Positions 35,820-46,360 of a DNA stretch of 64,000 nt are shown here, piece by piece. The notes beneath the pieces were generated by a model. The model was given only the letters and a program-made list of their open reading frames with translations. It had not been told where the DNA came from and did not search any database. The DNA is from a virus. Location: the IMG/VR virus record IMGVR_UViG_3300010389_000008; one strand, 5' to 3'. The stretch's first letter is position 1. Every line of letters starts with the position of its first letter. The position numbers and the translations under genes were made by a program.

Positions 35820-37436
35820 ATGGCATCTGTCGAAGAAGGCGTAAGTGTAATCACAGTAGGCAAAACTACGCCTATCCCGGCTGGTCAAGCCTCTGCCGCC
35901 AATTCTCTCCCCGTCGTTGTCGCATCGGATCAAAGCCCGATCCCGATTCTCGACAATCTTTCGGCACCCTCACAGGTTCGTGATGACCTGCTGGGTATCC
36001 CCCGTGTCCAGACTCCTCTGGCGATTTTCGATGACACCAACCTCATCGATATTGACCCAAACATCTGGGCCAAGAACGAGCAAGTAACAGGTAACACGCG
36101 CGTTACTCAGGTAAATCACCTGCTGCAGCAATCCGCTGCTGAAGTACTTCTTACGCCATCTGCTTCCAACGGGAACATTGCCAGCCTGATCACAAAGCAG
36201 GCGTTCCCCTACCAGACAGGCCGCATCACCTCAGCGTCGTTCGGTATCTCGATGAGCCGAGATTCCAACGCTGTGATGGAGTTCGGCATGTTCGACTCCA
36301 CCGATGGCTACTTCCTTCGGATCGTCGGCGACGAGATGTATTACGTCCGTCGTACCAGTTCGGGTGAGCGTCCTCAAGATCATCTGGATGGCTATACGGC
36401 TCAAGGCACAAACCCTGTCACTTTCACGGTTGACTCTGCAGTACTGACTGCACAACCCAACCGTACAGATCTCGGCACCATCTACAAGCTGGTCTCAACG
36501 TCTCCAACTGTCATGGAGGAGATCGTTCCACGTCGTTACTGGAACGGTGACACGATGGTGGGCGAGAACGCTGTCACCCTCGGAGCTGAGGATACTAAAT
36601 CTGTTCACGAGCTATCACTCATCAATCTGGTTATGTGCCGGATTGAATATGGCTGGTACGGCGGAACTGGCTCTCGCCTCATGTTCTATGTGCCTGTCGA
36701 CGCCAACCTTCCTACTGGTGAGACGGCAAAGAACGCCCGTTGGGTTATCGCCCACAACCTGAACTGTTCTGACCGCATCCCTTACCCCTCTCTGGGTAAT
36801 CCGACGCTGCCAATGCAGTTCCGGTGCGAGAAGAGTGGCACCCTGTCCGCTAATGCCTATTTGCGTAAGTACGGCGCACAGATCTCCATCGATGGTGGTG
36901 ATTACAGCAAGCTCGCGGTTTACAGCCAAGACGGTGCCAAGGTCACAGGTATTGGGACAACTGATTTCAAACCCCTGCTCGCCATCCGCATCAAGGAAAA
37001 CATCACCAACAACCAGGGTGAGACCAAACGCAATCTTCTGCGAGTGTTCCCTCTGCTCTTGTCAATGGTGAGTTCTTCAAGGGCTCAGTTCATCCTGATT
37101 AAGAACCCGGATACCATTGAAGACTCAGGCAGCAGCCCTGTAACGACCTTCACTAGCACGGGCACTCTCTCAGCAATCGAATACAACGCCCCAGACAGCC
37201 CGACTAACGCCATTGCGGCTTACTCGGGGGGAGAGCAGCTTGCGTCGTTCTTCACGGGTGATGCAGACGCTGATACCGTCAACTTGACAGATATCTTCTC
37301 CTTCGCTCGTCAGTACCTGACCCGTGAGGCGACTGCTGCAACCGGGACTGCAGGTGATGTGCTTCTGATTGCTGCGCGATCGATTGATAACGCTTCAAAT
37401 ACTTGTAAAGCAAGCCTTACTTGGGGTCAACGCTGA
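35820..37436 (+). CDS. Virion structural protein, paralog A
   Basis: RDDLLGIPR, FPYQTGR, IEYGWYG shared with the next gene. Confidence 0.75.
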   Translation: MASVEEGVSVITVGKTTPIPAGQASAANSLPVVVASDQSPIPILDNLSAPSQVRDDLLGIPRVQTPLAIFDDTNLIDIDPNIWAKNEQVTGNTRVTQVNHLLQQSAAEVLLTPSASNGNIASLITKQAFPYQTGRITSASFGISMSRDSNAVMEFGMFDSTDGYFLRIVGDEMYYVRRTSSGERPQDHLDGYTAQGTNPVTFTVDSAVLTAQPNRTDLGTIYKLVSTSPTVMEEIVPRRYWNGDTMVGENAVTLGAEDTKSVHELSLINLVMCRIEYGWYGGTGSRLMFYVPVDANLPTGETAKNARWVIAHNLNCSDRIPYPSLGNPTLPMQFRCEKSGTLSANAYLRKYGAQISIDGGDYSKLAVYSQDGAKVTGIGTTDFKPLLAIRIKENITNNQGETKRNLLRVFPLLLSMVSSSRAQFILIKNPDTIEDSGSSPVTTFTSTGTLSAIEYNAPDSPTNAIAAYSGGEQLASFFTGDADADTVNLTDIFSFARQYLTREATAATGTAGDVLLIAARSIDNASNTCKASLTWGQR

Positions 37437-39583
37437 TGACAACGGCCTACCAACTTCCCGAGGATATCGGGCAGAAATCTATTACTCGTAATGGGGAAGA
37501 GGTTCAGGCCGCATCAGATTTCCCCTCTGGTAAGAGTACTGCTGATAAAAGCATCCCAGTAGTCCTGCCTCGGTCTGGCTACACCTTCCCCACCATCGAT
37601 AACTACCGGTTCACTTCGGAGGTGGATCGGGACATGTTGGGCTTCCCACGAGCCACACGCCCTTACAACTTCCTGACTCGGAACGACCAGTACGAGTTAA
37701 CACGTGAAGATTGGATCTACGATGTCACAGGCCTCGATGAACGCCCGCAACTAGACGGCACGGAGTCAGCGCGTTGGACACAGTTGTCTAACGCCACAGC
37801 GACGTACTCACCCGCCCCTAATGGTGAAATCAAGTACAACGCAAGCGCCAATTCTGCTCAGCTCTTCCTAAATTCAAACGACGGGGGCTTTCAACGCGCT
37901 CGTATCGCGACCAAGAAGCGCTATAGGTATCAGCCTGGGCGGATTGTAAGGGCAAGTATTGCCACAAAACTGTCGGTTGCCGATACTCCAATCAGTGTCA
38001 CTCGCCTTTGGGGTGTAGGTGATACCAACGACGGATTTTTTGTTGAGTGCAAAGGCGACGGCGAAGGTGATCGTCTACAGATCCTCTACCGCACAAGTTC
38101 AGGCAATGGCCTGAGGTACGAGACACGGGTACCGCGTTCTTCTTGGACAGGTGATCCTCTAGACGGTTCTGGACAGTCCAAGCAGGTCTTGGATATGTCG
38201 AAGACCTTCATGACCCTTATTGAATGGGGTTGGTATGGAGCGAGCGATGTACGCATCTATTTCTATGTTGTAGACAAGGATGAGGAACTACCGACCTCTA
38301 TCACCCAAATCCCTCGCGCGAGATGGATTTTGGCTCATGAGATCATCCTTGCCGACAGGGCAAAGAGAAATGATCTAAGCGAGTTTGATGGCGGTACCGG
38401 TGTCCGTTCATTCGATACGCCTTCCCTTAAGACACCCAGCCTGCCCATTTGGGTCGAGATCAACAATAGTGGCAACCTTGCTCGTTCGGAATTTATCGAG
38501 CGCTATGGCGCTTCAATTCTTGTCGATGGGGGTACTGAGGACCGTGCCAAGATCACAACTGTAGATGGGAGCTTTGGTCGGACAGTAGAACCTATCATTG
38601 GCGGTGTTGACGGGGGGAGCGGCACGTCCCTGATGACGCTGCGAGTTAAGCAGCACATCATCAATGACGATTCAAAAGAAGTAGAGAACTTTCTGGTTAC
38701 CAACCCACTCGTCCTAGGAGCAGCATCTAGCGATCTAGTAGAGCTTGAGATCTGGAAAGATCCGGTCATGGCTACGCCAGAAGAGGTGGGTCATATCAAT
38801 GGTCGGCTTCCATACTTGCAAGGTGACTATGTCTCTCCTTTCAATGTCGTCCCGCTGGTTATCACAAGCTTTGACGGTACAGGCACGGAGTTCGCGATCA
38901 CCCAGGAGGATCCTACAAACGAGTATTTGACAGTCAATACTCCCTACCTGAGTGGTGACTTACTAACAGTTGATGTTAGTTTTAACGACTCTAGGGTTGT
39001 CAAGTCTGGAAAGCGTCTTGCCAGTTTTGTAGTTGACGCGAAGGGGGCAGCGCTACCTCTAGCGGAGATCTTTGGAGGACAGAGAGAAAGCCTTAGTGCT
39101 GAATATGATGCACCTCCTGAGTTTCCTATCAAGACTGATTCAATTACAGTCAGGAGTTTTGATCAGGCCACAGGTTTAATCACGGTTGATCAAGCATTCC
39201 CACTCAGGCTTTATGTCGGACAGAGGGTATCTCTAGGTGACACTAACTACTATGTGCTTACTCTTGATTCCTCTAGGTCTTTCAAACTCAAAGCGGCTAA
39301 AGTAGATACAGTGGCGGTTACAACTGGCCTTGAGGCTGGTGATGTTCTCGTTGCACATTACGAGCTAGATCTAACAAGTAATGTTGCATCTAGCCTGCTT
39401 CCGGTTTACCGGACTGAGTTGGTAGTTACAGCCAAGCCCTTTAACGCGGTGTACACGACGCTCGACAGCACTGTTGAGTACAACGCAGAGTGGATGAACC
39501 TTGTGAATGCCACGAGTTCCGATACTTACACCGTTCAATCAACGCCAACCGTCAATCTCTACCTCACTAATGGGGTCGTCTAA
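37436..39583 (+). CDS. Virion structural protein, paralog B
   Basis: RDMLGFPR, YRYQPGR, IEWGWYG; TGATG overlap. Confidence 0.75.
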   Translation: MTTAYQLPEDIGQKSITRNGEEVQAASDFPSGKSTADKSIPVVLPRSGYTFPTIDNYRFTSEVDRDMLGFPRATRPYNFLTRNDQYELTREDWIYDVTGLDERPQLDGTESARWTQLSNATATYSPAPNGEIKYNASANSAQLFLNSNDGGFQRARIATKKRYRYQPGRIVRASIATKLSVADTPISVTRLWGVGDTNDGFFVECKGDGEGDRLQILYRTSSGNGLRYETRVPRSSWTGDPLDGSGQSKQVLDMSKTFMTLIEWGWYGASDVRIYFYVVDKDEELPTSITQIPRARWILAHEIILADRAKRNDLSEFDGGTGVRSFDTPSLKTPSLPIWVEINNSGNLARSEFIERYGASILVDGGTEDRAKITTVDGSFGRTVEPIIGGVDGGSGTSLMTLRVKQHIINDDSKEVENFLVTNPLVLGAASSDLVELEIWKDPVMATPEEVGHINGRLPYLQGDYVSPFNVVPLVITSFDGTGTEFAITQEDPTNEYLTVNTPYLSGDLLTVDVSFNDSRVVKSGKRLASFVVDAKGAALPLAEIFGGQRESLSAEYDAPPEFPIKTDSITVRSFDQATGLITVDQAFPLRLYVGQRVSLGDTNYYVLTLDSSRSFKLKAAKVDTVAVTTGLEAGDVLVAHYELDLTSNVASSLLPVYRTELVVTAKPFNAVYTTLDSTVEYNAEWMNLVNATSSDTYTVQSTPTVNLYLTNGVV

Positions 39584-40395
39584 TGCCTGTCTCCGGTTCA
39601 AACCTAGTTAATACATCGGCGAACGGTCAGCCAACCGATGCTGAGGATCGCCCCTTTAGTTACGCCATTGGTACTCAGCTGTTCATCAACCCTAGTAGTA
39701 CGCCTACTGACGCGGTTGTGACATTCAAGGTTGCACCTGAGCTATTGACTGGATCTGTTGCTGCAACTGTGGTCAACCTTGCTGTGGGTTACGCAATTGA
39801 TTCTGAGCTGAATACTCTGTCGAACTGGACATCCGAGCATGTTCAACAAGCAAGCAGCAACCGATTTGCAGTTGGCTTTGGTCGTTCAAGCGCCACACCT
39901 GAGAAGGTTAACGTAAATGTACAAGGGCAAGTTTATACTACTCTGCCACGGAACCAAAGTCCTTCTGTAGTTGATGTCGCTAATAATTCGCTGACAATTA
40001 CTAATCACCCGTATAGCACTGGGGATCGAGTTGTCATAACTTCTACCGGAACAGTTCCTGGTGGGTTGTCTCCGACTTCCTCGTACTACGTAATCGTCGA
40101 AAACAGCAATTCGATCAAGCTAGCCGTTACTTATTTAAATGCAGTTGCGGGTAGCGATGTCGACATCCAAACTACGGGTTCCGGTACAATTACTGTAGTC
40201 TCGGATGAGATATTTACGCTCACCCGTGCCGGAAGTTCTGGCTCAGTGACCCTGCTTAAAGGCAGCGTTTTAATCGCTACATTCTCGAATACGAATGTAG
40301 ATTCGCCTCTTCGCCTTTTTTATTGGTGTCGCGAACAGTCCGCCTCAAGTACAGACCCGGTGTTGAAAGAAATTAAGGTTCGAGGTGCTATCTAA
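39583..40395 (+). CDS. Putative tail protein
   Basis: HPYSTGDRV...YYV...IKLA beta-barrel motif typical of cyanophage tail proteins. Confidence 0.65.
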   Translation: MPVSGSNLVNTSANGQPTDAEDRPFSYAIGTQLFINPSSTPTDAVVTFKVAPELLTGSVAATVVNLAVGYAIDSELNTLSNWTSEHVQQASSNRFAVGFGRSSATPEKVNVNVQGQVYTTLPRNQSPSVVDVANNSLTITNHPYSTGDRVVITSTGTVPGGLSPTSSYYVIVENSNSIKLAVTYLNAVAGSDVDIQTTGSGTITVVSDEIFTLTRAGSSGSVTLLKGSVLIATFSNTNVDSPLRLFYWCREQSASSTDPVLKEIKVRGAI

Positions 40396-42545
40396 TGGTC
40401 GCTACACGCAACATCACCGATCTGAACACGCTTGTTACTCCACAGGCGGACGACATTCTGTTGATTGTTGATCGGCTTAGCGCGACAAGCACTGAGGCAA
40501 AGCAGATCACGTGGGCGAATGTCCAAGAGGCAATCCAAGACCTTGTCGGAGCCCTAGCTACTTCAAGCTCAACTCTCACCTTTACTTACGACGACGCAAA
40601 CGGTCAGCTGACCGCTGCTGTAAATAACAATACCTCTGTTCAGAAGTCAATCTTCCATGACGGCGTTACGTCTTCAACTCGTCAAGAAGGTCGTTTCATA
40701 GATGGCGTTGGTATTAATGTCGAAGTTGCTGACAACAGCAGCGACGATCGGGCTGACATCACAGTCAAAAACACGGGTGTCGTCAACGCCAATAACAATA
40801 CTGTCGGTGGGACACTCTATGAGTTCCTATCGAATGTCACAGTTGAAGCTGACGGATCCAAGACTCTTGAGTTGCGGCCTCTTAAGTTAGGCTCTAATGC
40901 GCTTAGTGCTACTTACACAGATAGCAATCAATCGCTTACTCTTGATGTTGAACCTGGCAACATCAATATCAATGACCTTAACTCTTCTACCCCACTTGGT
41001 GTCTCAGTAGGTGGCACGGGTGCAAACAACGCAGCCACTGCTAGAAACAATCTTGGTGCCGCCAAGTCTGGGAGTAATTCCGATATTTCGGCCCTGTCAG
41101 GTCTGACTACTGCTCTTTCGATTAGTCAAGGTGGTACAGGCGACACCACGGCAAGTGGTGCTTTGGCGAATCTTTCGGGCCTTGGGTCGGCTGTTGGTGT
41201 TGGTGCATCCGGTGAACAAATCGTTTACCAGGGCTCGGTTCTTGTTTCGGGTTCATACCGTGCGGAGTTCAAGGGCCTCAAGCCAACTAGCGACAGTTAT
41301 GTAACGGTCACTACGGATGGTTCGGATATTGCGTTAGGCGCTAACCCTAATAACATCTTTGATGGCGTTAGCGGCGTTCGCAATATTAACGGAGCTAGAG
41401 TTACCAACGCTGGTAATCCGGTAAATAGTGGAGACCTTGCTACCAAGGCTTACGTCGATTCCCAGACCACCGGTCTAGAGATTAAGGCCTCCGTTAAGGT
41501 GGCTACTACCGGTAACTTGGCCGGAACATATTCAACCGGTGCGCAAACACTTACAGCTAATTCCAATGGCGCGATCAGTGTCGACGGGATTGCTTTGAAT
41601 CTCAATGACCGCTTGTTGGTCAAGGACCAGTCGAGTGCCGTTCAAAATGGCATCTACGTGGTCTCCACTATCGGTGATGCTAGTAACCCTTTCGTCATTA
41701 CCCGGAGTGCTGATTTCAATCAGACCGCCGAAGTCGGTGCAGGTTCTTTCACATACGTAGAGCTTGGAACGCTTAACGAAGGAAAATCATTCGTACAGAC
41801 TGAAAGCAATCCGATTCTCGACACCGATGATTTAGTCTTTACCGTCTTTGGTGATACTACGATCGGTGCAAACTCGATCGCCAACAGCAAGCTTCAACAA
41901 GTTAATCAAGCAACCGTAAAAGGTCGTGCTGCAGGGGCGGGATTAGGTGATGTTTCCGATCTCAGTGCCGATCAGCTGATCGGGGTTATTAACGCTGCAT
42001 CGTCCTCGACAATTAATCAGGGCCGACTCAGCATTGCGGGTTTTGCGCCTCTTGCAAGTCCAACCTTCACAGGCACCGTAACCATTCCTGCTGGTGCCAG
42101 TATCTCTGGCTTCGCCGAGATCAATAGCCCTACATTCACAGGCACAGTCACCATCCCTTCTGGTGCCAGTATCTCTGGCTTCGCCGAATTGGGTACTGCA
42201 CAAACATTTACAGCAGCTCAGCGTGGAGGCATCACCACCCTTACAGATAGTGTTAGCGGCACAGTTACTCCTGACTTCGCGAGTTCCAATAACTTCAGCC
42301 TTACTCTGACGGGTAGTTCTGGTAATACCCGCACCTTGGGCAATCCGACTAATGTTGTTGCAGGTCAATCTGGGGTGATCACTATCACTCAATCAAGCAA
42401 TGGAACTAACCTGCTAACTTTTGGAAGCTACTGGGATTTCGGCGGAACAGTTACCGCGATCTCTACAGCTGCTAACGCTGTTGACACCATCGCATATTAC
42501 TGCGTAAGTTCAACAAAAATTCGAGCCGTTATTGTCCAAGACTGA
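40395..42545 (+). CDS. Tail fibre protein
   Basis: GGTGA repeats, DLATKAYVD, DRLLVKDQ...NGIY, 69-nt internal duplication near 42066/42135. Confidence 0.85.
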   Translation: MVATRNITDLNTLVTPQADDILLIVDRLSATSTEAKQITWANVQEAIQDLVGALATSSSTLTFTYDDANGQLTAAVNNNTSVQKSIFHDGVTSSTRQEGRFIDGVGINVEVADNSSDDRADITVKNTGVVNANNNTVGGTLYEFLSNVTVEADGSKTLELRPLKLGSNALSATYTDSNQSLTLDVEPGNININDLNSSTPLGVSVGGTGANNAATARNNLGAAKSGSNSDISALSGLTTALSISQGGTGDTTASGALANLSGLGSAVGVGASGEQIVYQGSVLVSGSYRAEFKGLKPTSDSYVTVTTDGSDIALGANPNNIFDGVSGVRNINGARVTNAGNPVNSGDLATKAYVDSQTTGLEIKASVKVATTGNLAGTYSTGAQTLTANSNGAISVDGIALNLNDRLLVKDQSSAVQNGIYVVSTIGDASNPFVITRSADFNQTAEVGAGSFTYVELGTLNEGKSFVQTESNPILDTDDLVFTVFGDTTIGANSIANSKLQQVNQATVKGRAAGAGLGDVSDLSADQLIGVINAASSSTINQGRLSIAGFAPLASPTFTGTVTIPAGASISGFAEINSPTFTGTVTIPSGASISGFAELGTAQTFTAAQRGGITTLTDSVSGTVTPDFASSNNFSLTLTGSSGNTRTLGNPTNVVAGQSGVITITQSSNGTNLLTFGSYWDFGGTVTAISTAANAVDTIAYYCVSSTKIRAVIVQD

Positions 42546-45313
42546 TGAGCGTACCAGGCGGAAATTCACTCCTTCTTGCAGCAGCTAGCGTTGGTGGTGG
42601 TGTCTACGAAATTGAACGCAGCTTGCGGTTTGATGGCGATCGTACTAATTATCTGGCCCGAACGCCTTCAACGGAAGGTAATACAACTACTTGGACTTGG
42701 AGTGGATGGGTTAAGAGGTCTGAAACTTCAGTTTCTAATGCTGCAATGCTGTTTACTGCTGGAACCACCAGCAATGATACGGAGCTTTTGTATTTCGCCA
42801 GCGATGACAAACTAAGATATCTGGTTGTTGATGGTGGTGTTATTGATATTAATTTTGAGACTTATGCAGTGTTTCGTGATTGTTCAGCTTGGTACCACAT
42901 CGTAGCTACACGCAGTTCTGGAACATTTAATTACTATGTGAACGGTGTCCAGCAATCTTTTCAGACTTCAACGTCTACCGGTGATTCTTACTTCATCAAT
43001 AAACAAAATATTGAACATGTAATTGGTGCCCGCGTTGACACTAATTACTCAGCTCAAGTGGAAGGCTACCTAGCCGACGTTCACTTCATCGATGGTCAAG
43101 CGCTTGCTCCGACTAACTTCGGTGAGTTTGACGATAACGGTGTGTGGCAACCGAAGGCCTACGCTGGAACGTATGGCACTAATGGTTTTCACCTAGATTT
43201 CAGTGATAACAGTTCTGTTTCTGCGCTTGGAACGGATAGCGCAAATGGAAATAATTGGACCGCCAATAACTTTGTACCAAGTGCACCCACGATCTTATTC
43301 GGTGAAGACCAGAATGATTCGAGCTTTGACGATAGCGCAACTTCTTTAACTCTCGACACAACTGGCTATTCATACTCTGCTCTTGCAACATCCCCATTGC
43401 AGGCTCAGAGTAGTGCGGATGCTGCACGTGTCATCAGATCTTCTAACGGATCTTCTTTTACCGCAACTTTCACTACATCTGGGTCTAGAAGGTATATCTG
43501 GACTTCTTCTAATGGGATCAACTGGTCTAGTCCAGGGATAGAATACGAAACTGCTAATACCCCGGCAGTAATTACAGCTCCTTGGATTGCTTGGTCTGGT
43601 GGTGCTAATGCCCCAACCACAACTGTCGCGTTTAATACACCGGCACAGGTTGACTCCTTGCTCGACTCTCCAACCAACGGCACGCAGACTGATACAGGTG
43701 CTGGCGGTGAAGTGAGCGGTAATTATTGCACGTTCAATCCGGAGATACCTACTACTTACACGCTTGTAAATGGGGGCCTAGATGCAAGTTTTGTTAACGG
43801 TACTGGTAACCTCCTTACTGGAACGCTTGGAGTATCTTCAGGTAAGTGGTACTGGGAGATTACAGTAGAAACCAATGGTGTTGCAATGATTGGTATTGCT
43901 GACTTTGGTTTAGACCTGAATTCGCAAAGATTTAATGGAAATGGCGGTCTTTATTACTACCAGTCTGGGGGAAATCTTTACGGAGGGTTAGGTAGAACTA
44001 GCGTTGTATCTGCTCAGTCCTACGGATCTTCCTACACAACTGGTGATACTATCGGCGTTGCGTTGGACATGGACTCCAATCCAACAACCCTTGTTTTCTA
44101 TAAGAACAATACCTCTCAAGGTACTGCAACTAACGCCACAATGGCTGGCAAGATTGTTGGACCTGCTTACACTAACGGTGGTGGCGCGACTGAAGTAAGT
44201 GCCAACTTTGGTCAACGCCCCTTTAGATACAGCGCACCAAGCGGCTACAAGGCATTGTGTACTGCAAACCTGGCCGATCCCGATATTGTCGATGGTTCGA
44301 CGGGGATGGATGTCAAGTTATACACAGGCACTGAAGCTTCACTGACCGTATCAGGTTATAACTTCTCTCCTGATTTTGTTTGGCGTAAGGGTCGTCAAGC
44401 AGTATCTGGCAATATCACAGAAAGTCCACAGCATTTGATTTTTGACACAGTTAGAGGAGCTGGAAAAAGGCTTCAATCTAATACTGCTAGTAGAGAAGAT
44501 ACCGGAAGCACTACTTTAACTGCATTTACTTCTGACGGTTTTACGCTTGGTAGCAGCACCGACGGCAACGACGCTCCACAAACTTACGTCGCCTGGGCGT
44601 GGGATGCTGGTTCAACAACAGTTGATAACACTGACGGAGACGTAACTTCTTCGGTCAGAGCTAATCCAACTTATGGGTTTTCAATCGTAAAATGGAACCC
44701 AGATTCTAATGGACAGAGTGTTGGACATGGCCTAAATGCTGTCCCAGAATTTATCATGTCTAAGTCTCTAGATAATGACCATAGCTGGCGTGTTTATCAC
44801 AAAGACTTGACTGCTGGGAATAATATTCTGCTTGATACTAGCCAAGGTGAAACTACCTACAATGGTGACATTGATACTGTTAGCACAACTGTGTTTGATG
44901 GAGGCCAAGGGTTGACAGGTTCAAGTCTAAATAACAATATCGCCTATTGCTTTACCTCTATACCGGGATATTCTAAATTCGGCTTCTATGTCTCCAATAA
45001 TAATGCTAATGGTCCTTTTGTGTACCTTGGGTTCCGACCCCGCTATGTGCTAATTAAATGTATTTCAGGGTCTGAAGCTTGGGTTATTTATGATTCAGAA
45101 CGATATGACTCTAATTTCAACGGTTATTACTTAAGAGCTGATTCTGCAGCCAATGAGCCAGCATCAAATACAGAAAGTTTTTCTATTAATATGGTTAGCA
45201 ATGGATTTAAGGTAAATGGGCAGTGGGGAGGCCTTAACGATACCAATACTACTGACAAATACATCTACTGCGCATTTGCTGAGAACCCCATCAAATTCTC
45301 TCGCGCTAAGTAG
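42545..45313 (+). CDS. Receptor-binding tail protein (LamG/concanavalin-like and SPRY-like domains)
   Basis: SLRFDG, WTWSGWVKR, AWYHIV, GKWYWE, IGVALD, PDFVW, YCAFAENP. Confidence 0.8.
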   Translation: MSVPGGNSLLLAAASVGGGVYEIERSLRFDGDRTNYLARTPSTEGNTTTWTWSGWVKRSETSVSNAAMLFTAGTTSNDTELLYFASDDKLRYLVVDGGVIDINFETYAVFRDCSAWYHIVATRSSGTFNYYVNGVQQSFQTSTSTGDSYFINKQNIEHVIGARVDTNYSAQVEGYLADVHFIDGQALAPTNFGEFDDNGVWQPKAYAGTYGTNGFHLDFSDNSSVSALGTDSANGNNWTANNFVPSAPTILFGEDQNDSSFDDSATSLTLDTTGYSYSALATSPLQAQSSADAARVIRSSNGSSFTATFTTSGSRRYIWTSSNGINWSSPGIEYETANTPAVITAPWIAWSGGANAPTTTVAFNTPAQVDSLLDSPTNGTQTDTGAGGEVSGNYCTFNPEIPTTYTLVNGGLDASFVNGTGNLLTGTLGVSSGKWYWEITVETNGVAMIGIADFGLDLNSQRFNGNGGLYYYQSGGNLYGGLGRTSVVSAQSYGSSYTTGDTIGVALDMDSNPTTLVFYKNNTSQGTATNATMAGKIVGPAYTNGGGATEVSANFGQRPFRYSAPSGYKALCTANLADPDIVDGSTGMDVKLYTGTEASLTVSGYNFSPDFVWRKGRQAVSGNITESPQHLIFDTVRGAGKRLQSNTASREDTGSTTLTAFTSDGFTLGSSTDGNDAPQTYVAWAWDAGSTTVDNTDGDVTSSVRANPTYGFSIVKWNPDSNGQSVGHGLNAVPEFIMSKSLDNDHSWRVYHKDLTAGNNILLDTSQGETTYNGDIDTVSTTVFDGGQGLTGSSLNNNIAYCFTSIPGYSKFGFYVSNNNANGPFVYLGFRPRYVLIKCISGSEAWVIYDSERYDSNFNGYYLRADSAANEPASNTESFSINMVSNGFKVNGQWGGLNDTNTTDKYIYCAFAENPIKFSRAK

Positions 45314-45366
45314 CATTTTGTGCTTCACCTCACGCTGCTAAACTTTACTTATAGCCTGTTCATACC

Positions 45367-45852
45367 ATGCTCCTCTTAGACGGTAAGCCGCTTTCGTACG
45401 ACAAAGCTTTTACGCACGAAGGTATTCAGTACCCTTCAAACTGGCTTCGTCTCTCATCTCTTGAGCAGAAGGAGTCTATTGGTATTAAAGAGGTTCCTGA
45501 TCCGCCTGCTTACGATCAACGTTTTGCATGGGGCTATCTCGAAGATGGTTCCCTCAACTTTAAGGATCATCAGCAGCTTATTGAAGACTGGGTCTCGAAA
45601 GTGAAAGAGTCAGCCGGTTCTATGCTCAGTCAAACCGACTGGTACATCATCCGCCGAGCTGACACCGGATCTGAAGTTCCTCCGGAAATCCTTGACCGTC
45701 GTGCCGAGATTCGTTTATTTGCGGATATTAAAGAGCAGGCCATTCTCGCTACTGCCGACACTGCAGCTTTGAGGGACTATGTCACCAGTCCCGTGTTCTC
45801 CATTTGGAGTCAAGAGGAACAGTCGTTCTACGAGCAATCAATAGCTGAATAG
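45367..45852 (+). CDS. Tail fibre assembly-like protein
   Basis: QYPSNWL, LSQTDWYIIR; follows the fibre gene. Confidence 0.7.
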   Translation: MLLLDGKPLSYDKAFTHEGIQYPSNWLRLSSLEQKESIGIKEVPDPPAYDQRFAWGYLEDGSLNFKDHQQLIEDWVSKVKESAGSMLSQTDWYIIRRADTGSEVPPEILDRRAEIRLFADIKEQAILATADTAALRDYVTSPVFSIWSQEEQSFYEQSIAE

Positions 45853-45865
45853 GAAGACGTGTCGA

Positions 45866-46360
45866 CTACTGAAGGTCAGTAATTACTGCTGCGTGGATCG
45901 AGGTGGTTGAGGCGCAGTAGTAGCAAACCAAGTCTTTTGCACCTGCAGCCGTCGATAGCGTGGGTGCCGTTCCCCCATTGAAGTTCCAGTAAGAGCCCCA
46001 AGATAGGGTGCGGCCACCAGTACCATCCTGAATAACTTCGATCTGACCGCTTTGACCGGCAGCAATATTGCTCGGGTTAGCGATCGTCCGGTTGCCACCG
46101 AGAGTGACTTTGAAGTTATTTGCGGTTGAAAGATTCGGAGTTATCGTCGCCCCATCAGTCAGCGTACTGATATTTCCTACCTGCCCTTTAGTAAAAGTAT
46201 TACGGCTATTGGCCCCTGCTGCAGGAAACCCGCCTGCAGTACTTCCGTCGTGAACAACAATAACGTCTTTATCGGTATCTACGGTGACTTCACCAACAGC
46301 GCCTGTAAATGAACTGTGCTCGCTAGTTGTGCCACGACGAAACTGAACGCTAGTTGACAT
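45866..46360 (-). CDS. Short fibre/adaptor (Mtd-N-like N-terminus; C-terminus paralogous to 40395..42545)
   Basis: QFRRGT...FTGAVGEVTVDTD; TLGGNRTIANPSN...GQSG. Confidence 0.75.
   Translation of the reverse strand: MSTSVQFRRGTTSEHSSFTGAVGEVTVDTDKDVIVVHDGSTAGGFPAAGANSRNTFTKGQVGNISTLTDGATITPNLSTANNFKVTLGGNRTIANPSNIAAGQSGQIEVIQDGTGGRTLSWGSYWNFNGGTAPTLSTAAGAKDLVCYYCASTTSIHAAVITDLQ

Noticed and set aside
17819-45360. Late promoter motif GCTAAACTT (near 17820 and 45337)
   Set aside because: Only two copies noticed; too few to separate from chance without a motif search
42545-46360. Diversity-generating retroelement suggested by the Mtd-like N-terminus
   Set aside because: No reverse transcriptase and no template/variable repeat pair differing at adenines
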